DNA of 64,000 nucleotides from a virus: IMG/VR virus record IMGVR_UViG_3300025117_000061, positions 12,111 to 76,110 of that record. One strand, written 5' to 3'. Positions within the stretch are counted from its first letter, which is position 1; each line of letters opens with the position of its first letter. The translations under genes and the position numbers were made by a program. This document shows, in pieces, positions 27,626 to 36,504 of this stretch. The notes under the pieces were generated by a model that made no database searches, was not told where the DNA came from, and saw only the letters and a program-made list of their open reading frames with translations.

Positions 27626-27751
27626 TGCCAAGGGAAGGTGAATCATTTGCTTACATTTTCATCGGGTCTGTAATTATTGGGTTCGGTTTTGGATTTTGCG
27701 CCGGGATGGGAGTTTTCTTTATTTCCTGTGGGATAGCCGTGAGGATAAGCG

Positions 27752-27976
27752 ATGAGTAACAGCACCCGTGACCCAAGAAGAGATCCGATACCAGGCGATG
27801 AGATCCAGCATTGCGTTACAGGGATAAGACGAGAAGTAGTCCCTGCGCTCAATGCCATGAGCGGCATGGTGCTATATAGAAGGGTGATGTACTCACTTAT
27901 TCGCAGATGTACGCTTGCCACCTGGCGCCAGTGGGCGAGGGGCGCGAAGGTCTTAAAGAGAGGGGATGAGCCATGA
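27752..27976 (+). CDS. hypothetical protein
   Basis: RDPRRDPIPGD...WRQWARGAKV. Confidence 0.65.
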   Translation: MSNSTRDPRRDPIPGDEIQHCVTGIRREVVPALNAMSGMVLYRRVMYSLIRRCTLATWRQWARGAKVLKRGDEP

Positions 27977-28395
27977 ATGCGAGAGCCATAAAGAAAAAGC
28001 GTGCGCGGATGAAGACTGCCGTTGCATATCTCCAGAATTACATGAGCACGTACTCGGGCCAAGTGGGATACGAGGACTACGCCGACGAAACTCTGATTGA
28101 CGATGTTCTTTATGGGTTGGGTATGGCCCTTGATCCAGAGAACAATCAATACGGCAACGGGTTTATGCGGTTTAAGGGCATTCTCATGGAGCATCTTGCC
28201 GGGAAGCCAAAATACCTCACAGCCGATCAACTCACGGAGCCGGGGTATTACTGGTGGCTGCCGGAGAAATCTCCGTCCAGTGATTGGAGGTCAGGCGAAT
28301 GGATGATCTGTCCTCTCCCGGAAGCGAAATCTCCCAAACCCAAAAAGGGCGGTGTTTTCGTTGGCCCGCTCAAGGCTCCGACGAAGAAAGGGTAA
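27973..28395 (+). CDS. hypothetical protein
   Basis: ATGA coupling; TEPGYYWW...FVGPL. Confidence 0.65.
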   Translation: MNARAIKKKRARMKTAVAYLQNYMSTYSGQVGYEDYADETLIDDVLYGLGMALDPENNQYGNGFMRFKGILMEHLAGKPKYLTADQLTEPGYYWWLPEKSPSSDWRSGEWMICPLPEAKSPKPKKGGVFVGPLKAPTKKG

Positions 28396-28398
28396 GCC

Positions 28399-28539
28399 AT
28401 GCAATCAGCACCAATAATGGAGTGGGTACAGTGCGCGAACTGCGGAGAGTGGACGCTCGTTGATCTAATACCGGGCTTCGAGTATGCGTATTGTCCGGAG
28501 TGTGCATTTGCTCCTGTGTTGGCTTGGGGCGCAGGATGA
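28399..28539 (+). CDS. 46-aa zinc-ribbon protein (not in ORF track)
   Basis: WVQCANCGEW...CPEC. Confidence 0.5.
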   Translation: MQSAPIMEWVQCANCGEWTLVDLIPGFEYAYCPECAFAPVLAWGAG

Positions 28540-28553
28540 AAGGGGGATGAGCC

Positions 28554-28808
28554 GTGACGTTTGAAGAGTGGTGGGGACAATACGCCATGGAGCAAAGAAT
28601 AAACCATCCTGGCAGAGAAACCATGTTGAAATCGGGGACTAGAGCGGCTTTCGAATTGGCCGAATCCCAGTCCAATGAGCGAATTGCCGAACTTGAACAG
28701 CTCCTTGATGATCTTACAGACATCGTGATGATCTCAGATATTATCTCGAACAAACAGGAACTGGCAGAGCGGGTAAACAAGGTGCTCACTGAAAAGTTCT
28801 TGACATGA
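28554..28808 (+). CDS. hypothetical protein
   Basis: TFEEWW; SD. Confidence 0.6.
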   Translation: MTFEEWWGQYAMEQRINHPGRETMLKSGTRAAFELAESQSNERIAELEQLLDDLTDIVMISDIISNKQELAERVNKVLTEKFLT

Positions 28809-28820
28809 GTTTTGGAAGTA

Positions 28821-28864
28821 GAGACGGCCACCCTTTTGAGCGGGAGTGGCCGTTTCTGGTTTTA
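28821..28864 (+). terminator. rho-independent terminator between convergent genes
   Basis: ACGGCCAC/GTGGCCGT stem then T-rich tract. Confidence 0.6.
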
Positions 28865-29095
28865 GTGGGGAAGTAGTCGGTTGAGGGCTTGGTCTAGGGC
28901 TTCGGCTTGTTCTTGATTGCGAATGATCCATGTTTTGCGCTTACGGTCTCGTGATGTGTAAACGTGGTGCATTACTCCACTTGCAGCCGTGCAAACCTCA
29001 TCCATGGCCTTGAGCCAGTCGGCCAAGTCGCGCTCTGGCGGACAGTGAACAAGTTCCTTGACGGTGGATATTAGGTCTTCAGCCTCGGTCTTCAT
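28862..29095 (-). CDS. hypothetical protein
   Basis: AAGGAGGG SD. Confidence 0.55.
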   Translation of the reverse strand: MKTEAEDLISTVKELVHCPPERDLADWLKAMDEVCTAASGVMHHVYTSRDRKRKTWIIRNQEQAEALDQALNRLLPH

Positions 29096-29111
29096 GGTCA
29101 TCCCTCCTTCT

Positions 29112-29831
29112 TCATGTGGTTTGTGCCTTTTTCTTCCCTCTCGGATCAACCTGTAATTTGGCGCGCGGCGCAGGTGGTACTTGAATATCTCCGCACCTTC
29201 CAGCCTTCTTCATCAGCTTTCCCATGGCCTTCTTCTCTGCGATGTCAATGGCCTGGGGGGTTATCCCCAACACTTTGGCCATTTCTCTGGTTGATTTCTC
29301 TGAAAGTCTTCGCTGCCGAATCATCCATTCTTGCCGCGGAGTGAGTTGACACAGTAGTCCGTTGAGTCTTTCTGGAGCAGACATGGATTCGGCTTCGTCT
29401 TCCGGGCTCGGCCCCGGATGTGGCAGAACATCATTGAACGTTACTGGCGTGACGGGATTTACAATATCGCAAATGATTGGAGTCTCGAAGCTTATCTCGT
29501 TACGCTTTAGTCTATAGTAGCCCTTGATGTATCGGATTATCTCCCAATGGATGGGTCTCTCTGCGTGCGTAGCGAATTTAAAACCGAGTGATGGGTCAAA
29601 GCTGACAGAAGCGTAAATGAGCCCTTCCATCCCGGCCTGAATAAGGTCAATGAGAGGAATTCCACAATGCTTATACTTTTGCACGGCCCCAGTTACCCGG
29701 AAAAGACAGGAACAAATCAACTGATGTTTGTCGGTAGGATCTGGATTGTAGTTTGTTACTCGTTTGGCGTCGTTGTAGAAGAGTTTCAGAAGATCCAAGT
29801 CTGATGTGTCAATGTGCCTTACATTCCCCAT
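29112..29831 (-). CDS. sigma70-family RNA polymerase sigma factor (group 3-like)
   Basis: region 2 DLIQAG..GL..A..FDPSLGFKFAT; region 4 LTPRQ...STREMAKVLGITPQAI...KKAMGKL. Confidence 0.88.
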   Translation of the reverse strand: MGNVRHIDTSDLDLLKLFYNDAKRVTNYNPDPTDKHQLICSCLFRVTGAVQKYKHCGIPLIDLIQAGMEGLIYASVSFDPSLGFKFATHAERPIHWEIIRYIKGYYRLKRNEISFETPIICDIVNPVTPVTFNDVLPHPGPSPEDEAESMSAPERLNGLLCQLTPRQEWMIRQRRLSEKSTREMAKVLGITPQAIDIAEKKAMGKLMKKAGRCGDIQVPPAPRAKLQVDPRGKKKAQTT

Positions 29832-30312
29832 TTATCCCCCCTTTAGTTGTGTGTGATGTGCCCTGCATTGTATGCCAATTCGGATAGATGTTCAAACCTA
29901 TTTTATTTGACACGCACACATGGCTTGAGTTATCTCTTACACGTGGTGTTGGTTGTCTTTCTCCTGTGCAAGGGCTCCAGCGGGCCGTCAAAGTCGGGTT
30001 TCGATTCCCCTCCTTTCCCGGTTTCTGGCCCCGGAGCCCGATGCAACGGGGGAACCGAGAAGGAAGGGGGCTTATTGGTGGGGTGGCTTTGCCGTAAATG
30101 GTATTCTTTATTGTTCCATCGACATGCGAAGACTGACGCCACACCTACCTCTATCTCATTGATCCCATCCCTTCAAGACATTGAACGCACCAGATCTCTC
30201 GCAATGTCCGCCCTCAGAAATCACAAATGGCCTCTCGCTAAAGCATATCTCCAAGAGCAAAAACGATACATCCGTGAATTGGAAGCCCTTCAAGAGACTA
30301 ATGGAGGGGATG

Positions 30313-30558
30313 ATGCCGATTAACTCCATCCTTGCCAAAATCTCATCTTACATTGAAGCCTCAAAGGGCTCCGCAGCTTTGGCCGAGAAAGAGCTTTGGA
30401 ACTTAGTTCACACTGAATCTGAATTGTTGCCCGACAAGGGGGCTCATGACCTGGCGGTTGTTGCAGGGAACCTTTCGGCTACTGGGCTACAAATGCGTGC
30501 GCACCTTGAGGTAGTGCAGAGTTTTATTACACGGGTCATGGAGACAACGAAAAAATGA
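30313..30558 (+). CDS. hypothetical helical protein
   Basis: GGAGGGG SD. Confidence 0.55.
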   Translation: MPINSILAKISSYIEASKGSAALAEKELWNLVHTESELLPDKGAHDLAVVAGNLSATGLQMRAHLEVVQSFITRVMETTKK

Positions 30559-30568
30559 GGCGAGAGCG

Positions 30569-30775
30569 TTGGAATGGGTAAAGCTATTCGAGGTTCCAGG
30601 CCTCCTTTTGGCGGCGGGCGTGATTGGGATGCTATTTCGGTTGCTGTCCAGGATTGTGGATCAGGAGTCGGAACGTATGCATCAGCGCACGGAAGAGCGA
30701 GCGTTGATGGCGGAGATGGCTACCATGCTTCGCCAGTTGTGCAGGATCGACAGGGACGGGGAGCGCGACCGATGA
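30569..30775 (+). CDS. single-TM protein, holin-like
   Basis: N-terminal hydrophobic helix plus charged coiled tail. Confidence 0.5.
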   Translation: MEWVKLFEVPGLLLAAGVIGMLFRLLSRIVDQESERMHQRTEERALMAEMATMLRQLCRIDRDGERDR

Positions 30776-30963
30776 AATGGCTGCGGACCTTAGTCGATAT
30801 ATGGAGCGGTGATTTCTGGCGGGAGGAGCGCGAGAAGTCGCGTGAGGTATTGGAAGATGCTCGAAGGGTAGTGAACGAGAGTCGCGCCATGCTTGACGGT
30901 GAAGATGACTGGCTGATCCCCCTGGAGAGGAGAAGGCGATATTGTGACTTCCCAAAAAAATAA
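30772..30963 (+). CDS. hypothetical protein
   Basis: GGGGAG SD; LDGEDDW motif. Confidence 0.55.
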   Translation: MKWLRTLVDIWSGDFWREEREKSREVLEDARRVVNESRAMLDGEDDWLIPLERRRRYCDFPKK

Positions 30964-31525
30964 ATCAGTCCTGAATGGATACAGGATAGCCTTCTTCTGG
31001 GCCATATCTAGCGGGCTGGTTGGCGCTGTTACGATTATAGATCACTATGAAATAGCGGACGCGCTACTTCTTTATCATGGGATTATCGCTGGCATTTGTA
31101 TGATATGTGCCGTGATGTTCGCGGACTGGTGGCGAGTCAAGGGATCGGCGTCCAGCATTTTCAAATGGATCACGGTTCTACTGTTTGCAGTTGGGATTAA
31201 TCAATGTGCTCAGTTTGTTTCGCACTGGGTTTCTCTTTACGGCCCGTGTTTTTATAGTGAGCTCGTGTGCTCAAGGTTTTTGGTGTGGCAATTGGTTCCG
31301 CTGTTGGTGGCGATGGTGTACTTGCTTTCGTTTGCTATCTGGCAGCGATTCGGGCGTGGTTCAACATATCATGACGGGATTCGGAATGATATGGCTAATG
31401 GGTTTGAGAAGCTGTCGGCGAGAATCGTTGATGGAGAAATCAAATTCTTACATCATTCACATGACGGATTGGTGTTGGATGCCAAGATAATTCTGAGAAA
31501 CATTGAGGAGGGAGAGAGCAAATAA
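30944..31525 (+). CDS. multi-pass (about 4 TM) membrane protein
   Basis: four hydrophobic stretches. Confidence 0.65.
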   Translation: MTSQKNKSVLNGYRIAFFWAISSGLVGAVTIIDHYEIADALLLYHGIIAGICMICAVMFADWWRVKGSASSIFKWITVLLFAVGINQCAQFVSHWVSLYGPCFYSELVCSRFLVWQLVPLLVAMVYLLSFAIWQRFGRGSTYHDGIRNDMANGFEKLSARIVDGEIKFLHHSHDGLVLDAKIILRNIEEGESK

Positions 31526-31545
31526 TTAGCCTTGCAAGGGGCGTT

Positions 31546-31599
31546 GGTCATTCGCCTCCGTTGGGCTCTGGAATGACCGGGGCACAGCAACCCAACGGA
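31546..31599 (+). promoter_or_regulatory. H-type pseudoknot candidate in intergenic leader
   Basis: GGTCATTC(31546)/GAATGACC(31571) and TCCGTTGGG(31557)/CCCAACGGA(31591), interleaved. Confidence 0.5.
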
Positions 31600-31622
31600 A
31601 CAAAATAAGGAGGAAGAGAAAA

Positions 31623-32087
31623 ATGGAGAGACACAGTAAAGCACGTGGGGTCGAGAGAGTAGCTATGGCAATGGCGGCGGCAACGCTGGCGCTGATTTTC
31701 TTCGGGGCACTTTTCCTTCTTCATGGGTGTGCAGGAATGTCCACGAAAGATACGGTGGATTCAATCGCCGAGAAGGCTGGTTTTGCGGCATATTCCTACC
31801 TTCCCAAGCATAAAGACATCATCGTCACAACCTGCACGGTCAAGGATATTGTTCAGGACAGCGACGACCCGATTGCCATCCAGGGTCTCATCTCTGAGCA
31901 GATCGGTCGAATTTGGGTCAAAGCGACTGAGAGCGATAAAGTGTTTGTGGCTCTTTTGCTTAACGACATGGTGCGAATCATGGGGCTCAAGACCACGAAT
32001 CCCACGATGACAAACGTTGTTGAGTGGCTGAGTGTGCTCGACGCTTTTTGTGGGGGTGTGGACCTGGCCTCGAAGGTGAAGGGATGA
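31623..32087 (+). CDS. predicted lipoprotein
   Basis: hydrophobic segment ending FLLHG-C; AAGGAGG SD. Confidence 0.65.
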   Translation: MERHSKARGVERVAMAMAAATLALIFFGALFLLHGCAGMSTKDTVDSIAEKAGFAAYSYLPKHKDIIVTTCTVKDIVQDSDDPIAIQGLISEQIGRIWVKATESDKVFVALLLNDMVRIMGLKTTNPTMTNVVEWLSVLDAFCGGVDLASKVKG

Positions 32088-32091
32088 TCCA

Positions 32092-32388
32092 ATGATGACG
32101 GAGAAATGGCAGGCGAACCAACTGGGCAGGTTACTGGTGTCCATAGCGACGTGGGTTACGTTGATTATCGTGGTCGGGCTTTGCTCAAGTTGTGCTAGCG
32201 GTGCCAACATGCGCGAGGCGCGGATCACGGTCAATCTTCCTCCTGGCATGACGGCGATTGCTACTGTTGACGCCGAGGGCAAGGGTGTCCCCGCAGTCCA
32301 GGTAAACATCGGGAACACCACGCGCACGGTGGACATCGAGACGGCGCGGGAGGCTTCGGCTACTATCCCCATGGCGGGGGCGTTGTAA
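32092..32388 (+). CDS. membrane-anchored/lipoprotein (spanin-like position)
   Basis: TM segment then LCSSC. Confidence 0.55.
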   Translation: MMTEKWQANQLGRLLVSIATWVTLIIVVGLCSSCASGANMREARITVNLPPGMTAIATVDAEGKGVPAVQVNIGNTTRTVDIETAREASATIPMAGAL

Positions 32389-32651
32389 TCTCATGTCAAT
32401 GCGCTGCATGGTAATCACCTTCAAGGTCACTGTGACGATGAAGTCCCAGGGCACCGCAAGCTAAAACGGTCTCATGAGCGGCGCAGATTCACCATAGAGT
32501 ATTTTGCGCCACGGGATGGGGTGTGGCGTAGGTGGACCAAAAAATATGCTACCGAGAGATCCAGGGATGAAGCTGTTACGATGTTGACCGAGAAATGCCG
32601 GTCGATTGGATGGGTGTTTCGAGCTGGAAGATAAGCTGAGAGGGTAAGGAT

Positions 32652-33044
32652 ATGAGAAAGATGGGACGCAAACTATCGGTTGAGGATTCTGCCAGGATTT
32701 ATGACGCAGCCGTGTCGTGCCTCAAAAGCTGTCAGACTATTGGGCACTTGGAGGTAGGCAGGAAATTTGCCAAGAGGGCAATGGCTATATTGGAAGAAAT
32801 GTCATGCAAGAGTGGGGACTTCTGTAGCGAGGCGTATTGGAGCATTCACGGCTTGATTGACAAGACGGAGAAAAGGCTGAACCCCGACAGTGCGATGATT
32901 GCACCGCATAACCCTTTGCGGCAGTTTCCGTATGGGGATTGGAGATATATTGCGGCGATGACTTCTACGCTTCCCAACTGGCTATGGGGTTTATCTTCTG
33001 ACGTTCGATGTGGGCCGGCAAACCAGTCCGAAAAAAGGTTTTAA
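32652..33044 (+). CDS. hypothetical protein
   Basis: AAGGA SD; 130 aa. Confidence 0.55.
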   Translation: MRKMGRKLSVEDSARIYDAAVSCLKSCQTIGHLEVGRKFAKRAMAILEEMSCKSGDFCSEAYWSIHGLIDKTEKRLNPDSAMIAPHNPLRQFPYGDWRYIAAMTSTLPNWLWGLSSDVRCGPANQSEKRF

Positions 33045-33213
33045 TCACAACAACATGGAAATGCACCGAATCCTAAACTGCGGCTGTGCGGCGTGCCGGA
33101 TGCGAGAGCGAAATGAGCTGTGCGATGCCGAGTCTATGATCTCGCGGCTCGGTTGGATTTGGACTTGGGCGATGAAGCCGTATCGAGACATGTGGACGTA
33201 GGGAGGTGGCAAG

Positions 33214-33510
33214 GTGGACGGATTCCCGCGCAATTGTACCATCTGTGGTACTCGAATACTTGACAAAGAACAATTCCATCGACACACAAGAATGGCCTCC
33301 CATATAAGGGCTCGAGAATCTATGGCGCGAAGAGAAGACGCGAGAAGAGATGCCGAAGCAAAGAACCTCCATGATAAATTAGAGCTGGCGTCCGCCCTTG
33401 AAGGACACAGTTTGTTTCCCGGAGATGAAGTGACCACGAGAGAAGGTCGGGCGTTTAAGGTGGACATCTATGGGAAACTCTTCGAGGTTCCGTGCGGGAG
33501 TGTTGGATGA
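33214..33510 (+). CDS. C2H2-like zinc-finger hypothetical protein
   Basis: CTIC...H....H; GGAGG SD. Confidence 0.55.
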   Translation: MDGFPRNCTICGTRILDKEQFHRHTRMASHIRARESMARREDARRDAEAKNLHDKLELASALEGHSLFPGDEVTTREGRAFKVDIYGKLFEVPCGSVG

Positions 33511-33525
33511 GAATAAGGTGACATC

Positions 33526-33867
33526 ATGCCAGAATGCAGCGCAGTCCACATCTCAACGAAAGCCGGCTACCGTGAAGGCACGATGGTCCGTGTCGAGAAT
33601 CCTGCGGGCCGGTGGATAGAGCGTTGCATTCATTGCGGCGGAACGTGGCTGAGCTTGCGGCCTGGTGAGTTTGAGAGGGAAGTTGAGAGAAAAACCGAGA
33701 GGGAGGGGGATTTTGACCGAGAAATACGAGCCGATGTTCCTGGAAGATCTTGTGAGAAGCGTGAGGTTCGAAAGCAGCGCGAGCCATGCCCCGATGAGTG
33801 CGGAGAATGTGGGGAGCATGGATCTGTCGTCAAACTCAGACATCATGGGAATGGACGATATTATTGA
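33526..33867 (+). CDS. zinc-finger hypothetical protein
   Basis: PEC...RCIHCG. Confidence 0.5.
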   Translation: MPECSAVHISTKAGYREGTMVRVENPAGRWIERCIHCGGTWLSLRPGEFEREVERKTEREGDFDREIRADVPGRSCEKREVRKQREPCPDECGECGEHGSVVKLRHHGNGRYY

Positions 33868-34018
33868 CGAAGGGTTTTCTCTGGAAGATATAAAAGGATG
33901 GCAACGGATGGCTTGCCTGGCATGCGAGATTGTTTGGGCTACGCCTCCCAATCCTGTTAGGATGAGTATGCCGTGTGCCAAGTGCGGTGGGATGGCTCAC
34001 AATGATGGAGTGTTCTGA
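33851..34018 (+). CDS. small zinc-ribbon protein
   Basis: CLAC...CAKCG. Confidence 0.5.
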   Translation: MDDIIDEGFSLEDIKGWQRMACLACEIVWATPPNPVRMSMPCAKCGGMAHNDGVF

Positions 34019-34203
34019 TGGGAATTGAACAGCAACTTATAGATCTGGCCGTAAAGATGGCTACTCGAGCCGCAATGAATGGGGTGCCTCTTTCCGGAAT
34101 GGTTTGGATTCCACCCGCGTCGGCCACCGATAATCCATTGGGTGTTTTCGTGGTGAAACACTATCAACCGTCAACGACCGAAACGCCGCCATGGGATCAA
34201 TGA
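34018..34203 (+). CDS. hypothetical protein
   Basis: TGATG coupling. Confidence 0.5.
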   Translation: MGIEQQLIDLAVKMATRAAMNGVPLSGMVWIPPASATDNPLGVFVVKHYQPSTTETPPWDQ

Positions 34204-34215
34204 GGAAGTGATACA

Positions 34216-34500
34216 ATGACCGAAGAACAACAACGGCTTCCCGAATGCGAAACCAAACCAGCCGGCATGCTTCAGGACGAAAAGGGCAACGGCAGCTCCA
34301 GCCGACTCGTGAAGGTTATGTGGGTTGCTGGGCTCATTGGAATTCTGAGCATCGTGGCGTGGAGGTCCAATCCGGTGGTTGTTCCCGATGTCCCCTGGGG
34401 TATCGTCATGATTACGCTCATCATCATTGGCGGCGGGGCCGTGGGGAAGTGGATGGAACTTGGCGGGACTTTGCAGGGAATAATGAAAGGAGAGATGTAA
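34216..34500 (+). CDS. two-TM holin-like protein
   Basis: LQDEKGNGSSSRL followed by two TM helices. Confidence 0.55.
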   Translation: MTEEQQRLPECETKPAGMLQDEKGNGSSSRLVKVMWVAGLIGILSIVAWRSNPVVVPDVPWGIVMITLIIIGGGAVGKWMELGGTLQGIMKGEM

Positions 34501-34501
34501 C

Positions 34502-34624
34502 ATGGCAAAAAAGTGCATGATGGGTGGTGGTGCGGGAATGCCGAAGGACAAGAAAATGCGGTCAGGCGGCAAGAAGAAGCAGGGTGGAAAGAAGCAGGGT
34601 GGAAAGAAGCAGGGGAAGTCGTAA
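34502..34624 (+). CDS. 40-aa Lys/Gly-rich basic peptide (not in ORF track)
   Basis: AAGGAG SD; MAKKCMMGGGAGMPKDKKMRSGGKKKQGGKKQGGKKQGKS. Confidence 0.6.
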   Translation: MAKKCMMGGGAGMPKDKKMRSGGKKKQGGKKQGGKKQGKS

Positions 34625-34628
34625 ACGA

Positions 34629-36485
34629 GTGAGCAACGACAACGACAACGATATAGCGATAAAGCAGCTCAACGAGTTTGCTGTTTTCATAAGTTTCAAG
34701 CCAACATGGCTTTTGAAGCAATACTTACTTTTGCCTCATAAGTACGACAAAATATGTCTTTTCTGTGGAAATCAGGCAGGAAAATCATGTCTAATGGCAT
34801 ACTCCTATGCATTAAGGATGTTCGGGAGCCATCCATGTCCCAGAAAAAACCTTTTGTATTTTGAATGTGACAATGGCCACGAGTTCACTCGCCCAGCGCC
34901 ATGGCCGGGCTTTCATACTTTTAAGTTGGAGTCGGGCCAATGTTTTTGGACGAAAAACGCCAACGTCCAGCCGAAGCCCATCCTCTTCCCGGTCAGCATG
35001 ATATGCCCTGAATGCGGGGGAAAAATAAGGATACATAAGAGGGGCTCTCATGTTTTGCGGATGGCTTCGGAGAATCTCCCGGAAGATAAGGATGGCGAGG
35101 GTGAGGATAGCTCGGAGATCAAAAACAGGACGTATCCCGAGTTCAAGAAGTGGCTTCCTCCTTTCTTGGTGAAGAGGGATATCACGGCTCGTACCAAGTC
35201 CATGATCATCAGGAACATGAACAAGGGGGAGAAGTTCGGGGTTGGAGAAAACGTCGTGGTTTACGATGGCAAGGACATCGTTTTGGAGTTCATTTCGTAT
35301 AGCCAGGGGGCTCAATCCGGAGCTGGGTCTCAGCGGGTTTCCGTGGCGTGCGATGAGGAGCCCGACCCGGCGACATGGGAGGAACAGCTTCCCCGTTTGT
35401 TTGCCGAGAATGGAACGATAGAGCTCTTCCTTACGCCGGCCAGGAAGATGACATGGACATATTCCGGATTGTTTGAGCAGGCCGAGATCATACTCAGGTC
35501 TAAAACCATCCAAGATTTTTATCGAGGGAAGGGGGAGCTAGCAAATGCGGTTCCGTTGACGAGAATGGGCAACCATACCGGGATTGCCGTTTTCCAGACA
35601 TCTTCGTATGACAACCCCACTTTGAGCCGTGAAGCCATAGACAGCAAGGCCTCGACTTATGAAGATCCGGAAGTGAAAGAGGCGCGCGTCTTCGGCATCT
35701 TCCACCAGGCTAGCGGCCGAATCTTCAAGATGTATGATCCCAAGATCCACGAGATTGATGAGAACGAGTATTTTCCTCATGGCATCCCGCACTTTTGGAC
35801 GCACGGAAGGGGGATAGACATCCATCCTCATGTGAATTGGGCATGTGGGGCGGCGTCGATGAGTCCGACGAATGAGATGTTTATCTGGGGGGAGTGCTGG
35901 CTTTCTCCAGATAAGTACACGACTTTGGATATTATTTCCGAGTTTGTGAGCCGATGCATGGACTATAGGTTTAAGATCAATCTCGTGGACCCAGAGGCGA
36001 GAACGATCCAGAAGGACACCATTACTCTCCTGGACGATATCAACCGGATTTCGCTGGAGCTGAAGAAGGCGGGGAATGGGACCGGGGGTTACTGGACTCC
36101 GTGGGACACCAAGGGGCTTGTGGGGAGGAACGAGATCAAGATGAGGCTCCAGAATAGTCGGCTGGTGGGGAGGCCATTCAATAATCTCGTTTCTCGGGAT
36201 GGTGGAAGCAAAAGGCTCCCGACGCTTTGGTTGTTCAGGACATGCAGGAACGCAGCGGAGCACATGCGAAAGTGGTCGTGGGATGTATGGGCTGATTCCA
36301 GAACGTCTTCCATGAAGGATGCCAAGGACACTCCCCAGCAGAAGTACAGCCATTTGAATATGGTGTGGGAGGCGTTGCTAAAGAACCCGTACTTCAAGGC
36401 GGGCACGACGAATGCTCCGGTTGAGAGGCACGAGGGACGGCAGTATTACAAGTCGGCTACGGGGATTGGTGGCGGCCGGCGATAA
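34629..36485 (+). CDS. terL: terminase large subunit
   Basis: Walker A GNQAGKS, Walker B ACDEEP, motif III FLTP, DNP.L, nuclease GIDIHP; upstream of portal. Confidence 0.9.
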   Translation: MSNDNDNDIAIKQLNEFAVFISFKPTWLLKQYLLLPHKYDKICLFCGNQAGKSCLMAYSYALRMFGSHPCPRKNLLYFECDNGHEFTRPAPWPGFHTFKLESGQCFWTKNANVQPKPILFPVSMICPECGGKIRIHKRGSHVLRMASENLPEDKDGEGEDSSEIKNRTYPEFKKWLPPFLVKRDITARTKSMIIRNMNKGEKFGVGENVVVYDGKDIVLEFISYSQGAQSGAGSQRVSVACDEEPDPATWEEQLPRLFAENGTIELFLTPARKMTWTYSGLFEQAEIILRSKTIQDFYRGKGELANAVPLTRMGNHTGIAVFQTSSYDNPTLSREAIDSKASTYEDPEVKEARVFGIFHQASGRIFKMYDPKIHEIDENEYFPHGIPHFWTHGRGIDIHPHVNWACGAASMSPTNEMFIWGECWLSPDKYTTLDIISEFVSRCMDYRFKINLVDPEARTIQKDTITLLDDINRISLELKKAGNGTGGYWTPWDTKGLVGRNEIKMRLQNSRLVGRPFNNLVSRDGGSKRLPTLWLFRTCRNAAEHMRKWSWDVWADSRTSSMKDAKDTPQQKYSHLNMVWEALLKNPYFKAGTTNAPVERHEGRQYYKSATGIGGGRR

Positions 36486-36504
36486 CGAGCAAGGAGGGGA
36501 AAAA

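Noticed and set aside
29995-30020. GGGTTTCGATTCCCC resembles a tRNA T-arm
   Set aside because: No acceptor stem, D-arm or anticodon arm could be built around it; better explained by the interleaved stems.
31546-31599. HDV-like ribozyme
   Set aside because: Only 5 nt between the second stem and the P1 3' strand, leaving no room for P3/L3.
34830-35050. Intein in TerL
   Set aside because: Insert is short and lacks intein block motifs and the His-Asn terminus.
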